A stretch of 64,000 bases of DNA from Massalongia carnosa (lineage: Eukaryota), in the NCBI GenBank assembly GCA_965645245.1, contig OZ287072.1, positions 2,728,001 to 2,792,000 of the forward strand, in the 5' to 3' direction. Every line of letters starts with the position of its first letter. Position 1 is the stretch's first letter. Under the pieces are notes generated by a model. That model was not told the origin of the DNA and made no database searches. It was given only the letters and a program-made list of their open reading frames with translations. Made by a program: the position numbers and the translations under genes. Shown in pieces: positions 11,623 through 23,701 of the stretch.

Positions 11623-14600
11623 TATCAAGCTGTATGGGCTAATGTGGAATATGGGTGAAAAGGAGTGGTGTGTATTGATCTATGGGAGGTCTAGGCTAGC
11701 TAACTGAGGGATATCTCATAGGGGTTCGTGGGTCATGTGACCCATGGCGGGTCATGTGACCCCTAATCGCCTGACACACCCCCCCAGCTTTGACCAAAGC
11801 TGCCATGACCGAAAAACCTATATTAGGTGAAAATTTCCCATGTTTTACCTTGATTTCTAGTGATTTTGGCCGATTCAATTTGTGGCCGTATTTCCCTTCT
11901 TCTGATTGGCCAATTTCTTCTGATTGTTGACCAGGTCCATGGCATTGACTAGCCCTAATAGCTTGACGAAATGTTGATGCTTTTGAGGAGGTAGGATCTT
12001 GGTTAAACCATCTGCGACAATCTGATTGGTCGGCACATAGTCAACACATAATTCCCCCCTTTGCACAGATTGCCTAAGCCAGCATTGGGCGACGTCTATA
12101 TGCCTCAATTTAGTGTCAGTTTTTCCCATTTCGGAGGTTAAAATGCGAATTGTCTGTAGGTTATCGTTATAGATAACTATATCTTGATCCGGGTTAAATT
12201 GTAGCTTTTCAAATAGATGTATCCACCATATGAGCTCTTTACCCGCATGAAGCATAGACAATAACTCGGCCTCAGTGGTTGACGTGGTCACGGTCAGTTG
12301 CTTCCTAGCGACCCAGTCAATCATCACACCAAATAGCTTGAATGTATAGCCCTCGGAGCTTTTCCTATCTGGGTTATTTGCATAGGATGCATCAGCCGTT
12401 GCCTCAAAAACCTGCTTATTAGCCGGAACCGGTCCATGATTTGCTATAGTAGTGATTTCACCGCCCCCTTTGGCCGAGTACTGGATTCCCAGATATTTCG
12501 TCCCATATAGATAACGTAGGCAATGGTCTGCAGCCCTCATATGAATAGGTCCCGGGTTGGTCAGATATTCAGCTAATTTTGAAGCTGATTTTGCTATATC
12601 TGGCCGAGTCATAATAGCTGGGTAGCATATTGATCCAACTTTCTTCCTATATAGATGCATTCTGGCCGGATCCACCTCCCCCTCATATGGCGCCAGTTCT
12701 TCATTGAATATGGGCGTTAGAGGTGTTTTAGCCTCCGACTTTTCATCTATGTCATACTCCTTGGCTAATTTGTTCATATAGGAGTCCTGAATCAAGTGGA
12801 TCGTCTTTTCTTCTATGTTATGAATGACCCGTACGCCTAGAAAATAGGTTAATGGACCCATATCCCGTATTTCGATCATCTTCATGAAACGTTGCACATA
12901 TTCCTCGACTTCGGCTTCTTTTTCGGGCCGATACGCCATTACTATGTCGTCCACATAGAAGAATAGTATGATTCCCTCCGTATAGAATAGGCATGGTTCG
13001 CCTGGCACCTGTTTTAAACCTAGTTCTATGCATTTGCCTATTAGCATTCGTAGCCATAGAAGGGGTGATTTTCTTTGACCATATAGCGCTTTTTTCACTT
13101 TTAGCACCTTCTTTCTAAGCTTAAAACCATCAGGCAAAAAGCAGTAAATAGGCTCGTCATTGTGAGCGTTTAGAAAGGCGTTAATAGCGTCCAACTGCCT
13201 CGTTTTCAGCCCGAATGCAGCAACTAATGCCATTAATGCCCTAAACACCTTGAAGGCTAATGTGGCTGCATAAACATCTTGAGCATTATATTGCTGTAGG
13301 TCACCTCTAACCACTAGACGTGCTTTGAACTTTGCCAAATAGCCGTCCGAATCAGTCTTATAGGTGAAAACCCATTTGAGGGGCAATATTGGCTGTATAG
13401 CCTCATCTTGATCAACTATTTCCCATGTTTCTTTCTGGAAAAGTGCCTCCCATTCAACGTTAGCTGCTTTCATGAACTCATCTGCATAGGGATGCCTTAG
13501 CAGAGCTCGCCAATGAGATGGGGGGTCGGGCAAATCATCAGTTCGGAGCTGATTAGTCATTCTCGCCGTCCCCGCCGTAAACGCTGTATGAAATTGAGGG
13601 AATTTCGACATTTCTTCTGCTGACCAAGCTCCATTTGCACCGTATCTAGGGTTTGGTTTCCTAGTACGTTTTCCCTCTATAACGTTTGCCTCATTTATCC
13701 TATCGCTCCTTTTTCCTGATGATTGCTCTATTTCCGTCACATTGAGGGGCGTTCGGCCCGTTTGCGGGAGTTGTGGAGGGTCAATTGTTGATGCCCTCAC
13801 CTTTTTGGCCCTTCTTTTATCTATGGAGACATTAGGGCTGATATCTGGTTCAGGTGTTTCTATTGGCGTTTTTAGTTGCATGGGCGTTGATGGGGGAGTT
13901 ATTTTCTCCTGTATTTCGTCCTGACTAGGTGAGTTATCTTCTATGGTCAATTGCTCTATACGCTTATTGACTGATAAGTCTAGCTATTCTTCTTCCTTAC
14001 TATCTATCTCCTGAAATGCGGGGCGAGGTTCAACTACATGAAACTCTATAAAGCTCGCTTTTTCAGTCTCCTTTAGCAATAGCTCCTTATTCGACGTATA
14101 GGCGCTATAAAGTTCATCTTCGTTGAATATGACGTCTCTATAACCGCTGACATCTCCCTTTTCTGGATTCCATATCCTGAAGATATTGGTTGAATCATAG
14201 CCAACCAAATAGCCAACAAATGCCCTAGGTTTCAACTTATTGCTTTTGGGAGGAGCATCGGCCCCTTTTAGCAATGGATACGCCTTGCAAGCAAACACTT
14301 TTAGATGAGCCAGCTCGTATCTGACTGATTGACCCGGATTGGTCAGTTTCTGCAATTTGACCAATGGGGAGTCCCATTCCAGAGCTTTATTAGGGGTTCG
14401 ATTCATCAGATGGGCTGCAGCTAAATAGCACTCCGGATACAGGTCTTCTGGCATTTTTGCATATTCCCTGATGCATCGAGCTTTTTCAGTTAATAGGGCT
14501 CCGAAACGCTCCGAAACGCCATTTTGCTCAGGGGTATTCTTTGCTGACCATGACCATTCTATGCCTTGCTGACTGATCCATGCTTCTAGGGCTTTTCCTA

Positions 14601-16914
14601 TTGATGTTTCTTGCCCCGTGCGAATCGTGGTTACCATTGAATTAATGGAAATGCCAGCTCTATCGCATTGATTGATCAAGCTTTTGAAGATGGGCAATAG
14701 GGTCTTTTCCTTATGATCATTCAATGGATAAACCCATACATATGAGGTAAATTCGTCCCTAAAATGAGCTATACAGCTCGTTCCATCGAACCCCTTATCA
14801 TTGATTGTTAGGTCAAAATGAAGCACCTGATATGGCTTGATGGCACGCCCTGACGGAGCTTTATTGATGACTCTATGCATTTTGGAGACTGCACACGTTT
14901 CGCATTGAATGGTCCTAGGTGCGTTTTCACCCCCTACGCCTTTTGAAACTGTCACCTCATCGATCTTCTTTAGCTGGTCAATCACCTCTGGCCGGCAATG
15001 ACCGAGGCGAAGATGCCATTTCCATGGAGTTGCTTTTGACGTATCGCGTGGCTGCACTGAGTTAGCAAACCCTATATCTATGGATTCAGGGTTATATTCT
15101 ATGATTGAGAGCCCATAGTGCTCCTTTATTTCACATATTTGTTGCCCTGTCTCCTTAACTATAAGGGTATCAGTGAACATATCCCAGAAAAAGCCTCGTT
15201 TTTTCAACTTATTGGCCGAAACCAACGTCACTGATGAATCAGGAATATAAGCTGTTCCTTCGAATAATAGCTTCCTTTTCTGGCCATTCAATAGGCCATT
15301 TACCCTCATTGTGCCATGACCATGGATTTTCATCTCCCCGTCGGGGGTGTCCACCCACATGTCTGACGAAGTTGGGGTTATCTCTCCTATAAACCGTGAT
15401 TTATCATAGGTCAGAGGGTTATCGCATCCAGAGTCAAAGATGACGCTTTTATGCAAGGGGTTATTTGCCCTAGATGTAACGTTCGCAAACGAGAAGGATT
15501 GACTAGGCAATTCAATGTGATTGACCTGATTATGTTGATCATTCTCTGCTTTTTGGGAGCTCTTTTTGACTGACTCCTCAGTTATTCCATCAAGTATGTT
15601 GGTGTCGGTGACCTTCTTAATGGCCATGAAAAACCGAATGTTTGACTGAATTTTCTGACGTAAATCATTGCGTACGGTTTTATCTTCCTTCCATGCAGGG
15701 GGGCGAGCTGATTTGACGATATATGGGCATAGCCTGAACAGGTGTATTTTCCCACATACGCACTTTCTATCCTTGAATCTGGCCTCTTTTGATTGGCCAT
15801 TCCATTGACTTGATTGGCTAGGCCCCGGACCTTTATTTTCGTCTTGCATTTGCCCCTGCAGCGAGGCTGCATTAGCTTGATTTCTAGACGTTGATTGTGC
15901 CTCATTCAGGAATGATTCCACGGCTAAACGATATTCCCTGGTTGTCTCGTAAAATTCAACCGTCGTCTTAGCAGCCCTATGCTGCATTACCCAGTTTTCA
16001 CAGAAATTGGGCGCCCATTTCTTCCCTGATTGGAGAAATTCATTGATGAATATGGTCTCGGAGCCAAATAGGCCCGTTACATTGAGCTCTACAATTTGTC
16101 CCTTGATATTCTCCCAATCAGCTACCCATGCCTCTATTTTACCTTTAATGGGCGGGGTTTTTAGGGCTAGAAATTGCTCATGCAATTGCTCTATGACTTG
16201 GTCATCTGACCGCTTATATCTTGCAGCCAGAATTTTCACTATTTCCCTAACCGATGAAGCCATCTTATTGGGGGGGATGTATGCTCGTGCGGAGCTCTTT
16301 AGTGCATTGTCCACTATTCTGAGTCCTTGGGCGACCTTCTCCACCTGTTTTTCCTTCATCTTATAGGCTGATATCTCCATTTTATAGTCCTCCTTTTGCT
16401 CAGCCGATAAATCGCCGTATTTCTCAGCCGATTTCGTGGCTATTACAACTCCACCTTCTATAATGGGGTAAGCAATTCTACCTGCTGGCTGTGCTTGAAT
16501 AGGGACTTGCTTGATATTGTGAAACTTCCGGATATTCTCCCTCTTCGGGCTCCGGGTTTGAACCATTGGGGTCCACATATTGCCATACCTTCGCTTTCTT
16601 GGATATTCCTTGTAATTCCCTAATCCATAGATGATAATTCTTGGGAGTTAGGGCGATCATCATTGCTTTGTTGGTCTCCTCCATTTTGATCGTTTTGTTG
16701 GATCGTTTTGGGAAGAGGGTTTTATTCAACTAGATCAATGAGTAGGAATTGAAGCTTCTATGCTCACCGGGCTCATAACTATCAAGCTGTATGGGCTAAT
16801 GTGGAATATGGGTGAAAAGGAGTGGTGTGTATTGATCTATGGGAGGTCTAGGCTAGCTAACTGAGGGATATCTCATAGGGGTTCGTGGGTCATGTGACCC
16901 CTAATCGCCTGACA
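11623..16914 (-). mobile_element. Ty1/Copia element 1, full length
   Basis: LTRs 16780-16914 and 11623-11776 (TG..TA on minus); TSD CCATC; PBS GTTATGAGCCCGG; G-rich PPT at 11777-11787. Confidence 0.95.
11875..16684 (-). CDS. Copia gag-PR-IN-RT-RH polyprotein (4-bp frameshift near 16510, in-frame TAG at 13984-13986)
   Basis: CVCGKIH..C knuckle, FDSGC protease, WHLRLGH..CETC, PEQNGVSER, YVDD RT, ADASYA/ADGLTK RNase H. Confidence 0.92.
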
Positions 16915-17042
16915 CCATCTCACTGACTCGTCGTCGACCCCACGTTTTCTCGGTGCCCCTACCTCGCTGTCAGTGCTTGCTGCTTTTCCAATCTCACTGA
17001 CTCGTCGTCGACCTCACGTTGTCTCGGTGCCCCTACCTCCCA

Positions 17043-18055
17043 ATGACGAACACCCGTTCCCAAAGCACCTTGATGGACGACATAGTCCCCGACCCCCAGG
17101 AGATTGTCGGATTGACGCAGGCCCAATCCAATCAAATCTTCGCCCTACAAAAGAAGAAAGCCGAGGCGGAAGCGAAGGCGGCCGAGGCTGAGGCTAGAAT
17201 TGCCGAGTCCAAGGCATTGGTCGCCGAGAAGGAGGTGGAAAAAATGCAGCTAGAAATCGACTGCATGCGCCGAGAATCTGACGCCCGAATAGCGGCCGTC
17301 ATTCCTGCTGGCAAGCCGAGTCGTGTCGTCGGCGATGACGACGAGGACCTAGGTGAGATCCTCTCGAAGTAAGAAGCATAGCACCCCGTTTCGCGGGCCT
17401 ACCACAGGACGAGATCATCAAGATCTTTTCAAATAAATTCAAAGCCATCAACCTCTCCCGCCTCCGACACATGCACGGCATGCAATACGAGTCATACAAG
17501 GATCAAGACCGCATCGGCATCGAAGACGGCGCCTTGAGGTTGAGAAAGGCATCCGGGACCTACAAAGATTTCGGAAAGACAGTTCATGACGTCTGGACCG
17601 AGAGCTTCATCAACTACACCTCGATCATGGTCAGTCTTTTCGGGAAATCGAGTCAACAGCTTCACGCCACCATGTCGGCATTCCACGGAAAAATCCTCAT
17701 GCTGGCCAAGGTGTACGAGTGGCAGGAAGCAGTCCTCCCCCTCGCCATCGAAACCCACACCCACATCATCGCGTCTCAGCCATCCGACGCATCCCAATGG
17801 AAAATACCCGACGAATTCCAAGCTCGATTCTGCACCCCCCTCACAGTCCTACGCCGTCGCCGCTCACGATCCCCGCCGTCCCGACGACCGACCCCGAGAG
17901 GAGACAGGGCCGAGAGGGCCGAGAAGGCAGCGGGGGAAATCTGCGACAAGTACAACAGCGGCACCTGCACCTGGCCGTCGTGCTACCGACAGCACAAATG
18001 CAAATCGTGCGGCGCGTCTGGGCATGGCCAGAAGACATGCCCAACGAAGAAATAG
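17043..18055 (+). CDS. YR element 1 gag-like ORF (frameshift near 17362)
   Basis: Coiled-coil N-terminus, YEWQEAV, C-terminal CDKYN..C..C..HKCKSCG..H..C zinc fingers. Confidence 0.8.
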
Positions 18056-18100
18056 GGGGTTGGTGCAGGAGGCAGTAGAATAGCTTCAATAGCTGAATTC

Positions 18101-19804
18101 ATGACGTCCCATCCCTGCTTACCTGCACCAATCAGACCAAATACAATCCCTTCGTTTCAACTCGTAGACGCATCTCGTCAGCGTTTGAAAGACAGCCCAT
18201 CTCCCCTCGTACCGTCCGCATGGGCAACCCTACTTCAAGAGTATCCGGGCCCCCTCCGAGTCCATCTGCCCATGATCCTTCGTTTCGGAGTACAAATCGG
18301 ATACGAAGGCCCCACAGACATCCTTCGGATCGAACAAAATCTGACATCAGCGAATGAGGACCCGGAAACGATCGAGAATAAGCTTCAAGAGGACCTCAGG
18401 AAGGGCCGAGTCAGACGAATAGCCGCCCCGAGTCAGCCATTTGTGGCCTCCCCCCTCGGCTTGGTCCCGAAACATGACGGAGGATGGCGACGCATTCATC
18501 ATCTGTCTCATCCCAATCAAACATCAGTCAACGACAACATTCCAGAAGAGGCATCCAAATTACAATACGCCAGACTCGACGACATTATTCAATTGATTCT
18601 GTCAGAGGGCAAAGGTGCTGTCATAGTGAAAAGAGACGTCAAAGACGCCTTTCGAAACGTTCCCGTCGCACCTCATCATCAATGGCTTCTGGGTTTCGGA
18701 TGGAATGACGAATTCTACACCGAGACATGCCTTTCGTTCGGACTGTCGACGGCCCCGTTCATCTTCAATCTTTTTGCGGAAGGCTTTCATTGGATTTTGG
18801 AATCCTTTCTACAATGGAGATTAAATCACTATCTAGACGACTTCGTTGCAATTTTCCCATCCGAGACATCGTCAGAACGATTGCACCAAGAAACAAAAGC
18901 CTACAACATTCTCACCGACATTCTCGGCATCCCGAGAAACGACTCAAAAGACGCCGAGGGAACGACAGCGACAGTCTTCGGACTCGAGGTCGACACCATC
19001 AACAGTCTTATTCGTCTGCCAGCGGACAAGCTGGAAAAAGCGAGAATCATCACTACAAAGGCACTAAACGAGACGACAATCAGCCTCGGCGACATGCAGT
19101 CAATAGCGGGCTTCCTAAGCTTCTGCGCACAGGCAGTCAAATTGGGCCGAGTCTTCTTACGATTATTCTGGAATTTTATAGCCTCATTTCCCTCGGGCAG
19201 TCATCGTCGGGTCAAAAGAAGAATTCCCACATGGGTCAGACAGGATCTCATCTGGTGGAACAAACTTTTAGTGGACTTCAACGGTATTGTCTTCTTCGAG
19301 ACGTCAACACGAGACACGATCAAGGTGCATACGCATGCATGCCTCACGGGTCTCGGAGGCTATTTTCAACAAGACAACGAGCTCGTGAATCAAAAAAACG
19401 CATGTAGGGCCCGAGTCCTAGTCCTCAATCAGGAAGAATCACCGAGCATAAACGTCCGAGAAGTCGAGGCTATCCTTCTAATCCTTCAGAAATGGGCGCC
19501 GACATGGCGACATCGACAGATCCTTGTCTTTACCGACAGCAACACAGCATACACAGGATTCACGAATCTAACCCTCAAGGGACCGGCCAACGCGCCTCTA
19601 CGAGAAATACTGTCCATAGCTGCAAAGTGGGACATCGTACTACGTTGTCAATGGATCAGTGGCACTTCCAATGGACTAGCAGATGCCCTGTCACGTTTTG
19701 ATGATGAAAGATTGGCTAACTTTTGCCCTCATTGGCAGAACCCATACAATTCGATGAACCTCCCTCCACCTACCTATCCTCCACACCAGGATCAGCCCTG
19801 GTAA
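18101..19804 (+). CDS. YR element 1 reverse transcriptase/RNase H
   Basis: SPLGLVPK..WRRIHHLS, DVKDAF, LSFGL, YLDDF, FTDS, NGLADALSR. Confidence 0.93.
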   Translation: MTSHPCLPAPIRPNTIPSFQLVDASRQRLKDSPSPLVPSAWATLLQEYPGPLRVHLPMILRFGVQIGYEGPTDILRIEQNLTSANEDPETIENKLQEDLRKGRVRRIAAPSQPFVASPLGLVPKHDGGWRRIHHLSHPNQTSVNDNIPEEASKLQYARLDDIIQLILSEGKGAVIVKRDVKDAFRNVPVAPHHQWLLGFGWNDEFYTETCLSFGLSTAPFIFNLFAEGFHWILESFLQWRLNHYLDDFVAIFPSETSSERLHQETKAYNILTDILGIPRNDSKDAEGTTATVFGLEVDTINSLIRLPADKLEKARIITTKALNETTISLGDMQSIAGFLSFCAQAVKLGRVFLRLFWNFIASFPSGSHRRVKRRIPTWVRQDLIWWNKLLVDFNGIVFFETSTRDTIKVHTHACLTGLGGYFQQDNELVNQKNACRARVLVLNQEESPSINVREVEAILLILQKWAPTWRHRQILVFTDSNTAYTGFTNLTLKGPANAPLREILSIAAKWDIVLRCQWISGTSNGLADALSRFDDERLANFCPHWQNPYNSMNLPPPTYPPHQDQPW

Positions 19805-20549
19805 AACGCCTCGTCTAGCACGGACACTCGGCGGACACGAGAAAAGGGTACGGGACGGCGATCGACTCATACGAGGCATTCTGCGCGACGACGGGACGCA
19901 CGTCGTGGCCTGCAACAACCGAGTCCCTCGAGGAATGGCTAGCCGGTCGACTATACGGGGGCGGCACACCCAAGCAGGGAAAGATAAAACCAGAGACGGC
20001 AGCGAGCTACCTCGCCGGCCTCAGATCATACCATGTAGACCGAGGATACGGCCTCACCCCATTCGAGGGGCCGAGACTTCAATTGATGCTGAAAGGGGGA
20101 AAAAGGATCTTTTCTCAGACAAAAAGAAGACGCCTACCCATTTCAAAAGAATTACTGACAAAAATCACCAGTATTCCCGCTCATTCGGCCGAAGACCTCA
20201 ACATCGACGCGACATTCAAAGTTGCATGGGCAGGGTTCCTCAGACTCGGGGAAATCACCTACACTGTCGCCGATCGTAAGAAGACATCTTTTCAGAGATT
20301 GAAACCTACACGAGGTGACATCTCATTCGCCGAGAACGATCAATACGTGACATTACGTCTCAAAAGAAGCAAAACAGACACAAATCACTCAGGAGTTCAG
20401 ATAGTGCTGGCAGCGACCAATGAGAGCACTTGCCCCGTGACAGCACTACGGCGTCTTTTCAGAAATGATCCTCAGCCATCTACATCCCCGCTTTCGTCTC
20501 GGCACCGCATTCACCAGAGCCTCCGTCATAGCATCCCTGAAAAAGAGAC
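19739..20549 (+). pseudogene. YR element 1 tyrosine recombinase, truncated before the HSxR motif
   Basis: LV*HGHSADTRKGY, SYLAGLRSYHVD, AGFLRLGE, LKRSKTD, CPV; TAG at 19816-19818. Confidence 0.88.
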
Positions 20550-20767
20550 TGTCAGCCAGTTTAGTGGTCAAGCAGTAAGCGATATGTAGCTCGGATACGG
20601 TAATCTATTAACCGAATCCCAACATTCTAGTAACTGAGAGAATGGGTGCAAAATCCTTTCAATGCAAGCAATCAACCTCAATTCCAAGTGTCAATTTCAA
20701 GTGTCTATCTAAAACGTAAATCATTCTCCAATCACCAAGAGCTTAGATCAATAAATCAAGCTCAATA
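20550..20767 (+). mobile_element. Solo LTR (~218 bp) with non-matching flanks
   Basis: TGTCAGCC...AATAAATCAAGCTCAATA sits exactly between truncated YR (flank GAGAC) and truncated MULE-2 (flank AATCA). Confidence 0.6.
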
Positions 20768-23365
20768 AATCATCATTCTCATTCAGAGAGAGTGGAGGAT
20801 CGTGGGTAGGCTGAGTTGCTATATATTGCAGGGCATCGTCGTCAGATACGATGATAGCATCTCCGGAATCTATACCGAATATTAGCCGCGCTACATCGAT
20901 CGATTTGCTGATATTGTGGGTTTTTTATCATCAATCATACCCTTGTCTTCACCGCCTGCCCGCAATTCATCCTCATGCCTTCTTCTCCTCCCTTCTTCAA
21001 TCGAGTCCTTACGTTTAGCACGTCGCTGCTTAGCTTCATCTGCCTCAGCTGCCTCACGGCCAGTGTAAGCCCGCCGGCGACTCCCACTCTTTTTATACAT
21101 GAGGTTGTCCTTCGGTCGGATTTCGTCGGGGAAAGTTGTAGGGATAAGTGGCCTCGCCAGCTCCTTATCCTGCCATTTTTTATTGAAAATAGCAGTGAAT
21201 TTGGTGAATTCACGAGCGTATCCCTCCCTTCTATGCACATTTTCTATTGATTTATGAAAATCAATAGATTGATGTGCGGCCGCATGCAGCAAATCAACAC
21301 CCCCGCGACGAAATCTATCCCCAGTATTATTGTCAACTGCCTTCTCGATCTCCTCCTCCGGCTCAGATTCTTGACTTTGTTGAGCATTCACCCCCTCATC
21401 CGCCTCCTCATCCTGCTCTTCTGTGGTCTTCTGTGAGCTGCTCTCCGAAACATCTCAGCGAAATTTATGGTGAGGTCGAAAACCATGCTCCACGAGACCA
21501 CAAAAGGCGGGCCATCGAAAAACCAGCGGGGATGAATGAGGGAGATAGGTATGGGGATAACATCAATGACGCAACGATACAACCAGCATCTGCACGGAAG
21601 ACCGTATCGTGGAGGCAAATCACAATCATACATACAATCCTCACCGGTTGGTTCGATTAATGCAGTCCCTTCAACTCCAAAAGAAACCTGTTGATTAAAA
21701 TCTTCGGCTAAAAGTTTAGCTGCATCCAACTCTCTAGATATGAGGTCAATAGCATGATGAGTTATTAAACCTATAAGGTCATTGAACGCACTTCTATCTA
21801 TTAGCCGGGGGTTGTTGATTCGTTGATGATTGGTTGATATTTCGTAGTCAACCTGAACCCTTTGCACTGTTTCGCATATTTTCCGCACCGAGTCCTTAAT
21901 AGGTGTATGCCTATTTGGCACATTCTTTACCAACGGATGCAAACCATCCACCCTTTGTGTGCTATGTGCACCTAAATTAGCGAACTTTCTGGTGTATGCG
22001 GAAACAAACTGACACTCCTGACGTTGATAATAGCTAGTAAAATACTCCTGGAAATAGGAGTGAGTTAGCCCTTATTAACGTTTTTTGATGGCTTCATACC
22101 TTTTCTGAAGCATGAAGCTTCAATATCAACGCGTTTCTCTTCTCATCCAGCTGTTCAACGGTAGGAGTTTTGATCCACTCCCATATCAATTCATGCAGTT
22201 CTTTCCGTACTTCTAAAGGATATGAACCCGCCCTGATCAGGCGTTTCTTGATTGCCTCCGCTGCGTGCCACGTGCATAATTGCAACACACAATCAGGGTC
22301 GGTTTCGTGTATTGATTGGGCGACTTGCCATGCAACGGTCATTGCTGCATCCGGGTTTATTTCCTTAGCCCGTTTTTTATGCATCGCTGCAGTCAATCCA
22401 GCGGCGAAGTCTCCGAGGATGACCCTAGGACCAGGACATGTATCATGAAAAAAGAGATCTTTCATACAATCAAATAGAAACGTAAAGCACTCAGCCGATT
22501 CAGAAGTTATATAACAATAGGCCGCGGGGAAAGTCTGATTTGTGTTGGTGATGCCAACCAATACCGATAGAGGTAAGTTCAACTGATTTGTATTGAACGT
22601 AGCATCCGTTTCTATCAAAAATCCACTGACGAATCGTCTAGTCAGTCGGATCTGTTCAGCGTTACAGAAAAAGAAATGTTCAACAACACGTCTTCGGGGA
22701 GTATTGTTTTCAACGAGATATTTCTCCAAAGTCCGTACATGAAACTCTTCTTCTTCTAGAAATCCAAGTGCATAGATCAACTCTTCTTCAGGTGTATGTT
22801 TGCCCTGGGATCGAGCCAGGTTGTAATAGTCCTTCTTCGAAAGGCGCAGGCCAGTCATTCCCAAAACGCGAGATGCTTGACCGTATCTAGTTGATGCATC
22901 ACGGAGACTTTTTGCTTGATCTAGGGCAGTTGCTCGATCGAGGTCTTGGCTACGATGCTCTTTGAAACCGAAGGGGTCTGTAGCCATCTCGTGATTGTGA
23001 TCAGGATTGGTGATGATTAATCTCCACGATTCGTCTTTGTTTTGCTTCAGTCTTAGTCGATATTTGCACTCGTTGAACGAGACCTTCGTGTTTTTTCGTA
23101 CGCGGTCCTTCTCCTCTAGCTTTCTAGTGTTTCTTTCTCTTTTGTGATGACGGGTGCAATCTAGTATAACGAGATGATTCTTCTTATCATTAGTCTCTGT
23201 GACCAATGCAAAGCCTTGAGTAAAGGCATAATTCTGAAGGCGGGTTTTTCCCTCCTCCCAGGAGATAAAGATTTCACTCTCACTCAGAGGAAGACGATAA
23301 GAAGACGGTAAACTCGCTATAGCCCTTTGCAAACGTGCATCCAGGGACGTTGATGTGAGGGCCAT
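20768..23365 (-). pseudogene. MULE transposase (FAR1-like N-terminus, MULE DDE domain, SWIM)
   Basis: ATG 23365; IETDATFNTN, ILGDFAAG, QLCTWH; intron 22048-22099; QRVDG here versus QRVEG in copy 1; frameshift near 21430. Confidence 0.9.
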
Positions 23366-23589
23366 AGGAAAGAAAAAGATTAGGGAGAGAAGAAGTGCGG
23401 TCTACCTATCATAGTGATAAATTTATACAGAGTGTTGGCTGCCTATACCTATAATATTATTAATAGAGACGGTGAACGAGGTATATGCACCTAATTATTT
23501 AGTATGGGGAGGTGGCTTGTAGCTAGTCCTAATTTGGAATGATTTTCGCTGGGGGGACGGTGGGGGGGGGACTGTCCCGAGTCTCCTCG
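20768..23589 (-). mobile_element. MULE copy 2, 3'-truncated
   Basis: 5' TIR ~23497-23589; outer flank reads GCAATACTA on minus. Confidence 0.92.
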
Positions 23590-23701
23590 TAGTATTGCTA
23601 TCCGCCTTATCATGACTAAGCATCCGGATTATCAGTCACCCGGTCTTCTTGGGTGAGTCATCCCAGGAGCTAGCATAGTCCTGTATTGCCGCGCTATTAC
23701 T
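23590..23701 (-). mobile_element. 5' part of the solo LTR whose 3' part is at 2603-2995
   Basis: Reverse complement of 24218-24329; outer flank GCTTT on minus (23702-23706). Confidence 0.85.

Larger units (their letters stand above)
11520..20549 (+). mobile_element. YR retrotransposon 1 (DIRS/Ngaro-like), interrupted by Copia-1 and 3'-truncated
   Basis: gag, RT/RH and YR in order; 5' region continuous across the Copia TSD CCATC; the 5' boundary is approximate. Confidence 0.85.

Noticed and set aside
17355..17372. Programmed frameshift in YR gag (both elements change frame mid-gag)
   Set aside because: No slippery heptamer; a single-base loss in element 1 and a small deletion in element 2 are simpler explanations, pending comparison with sister copies
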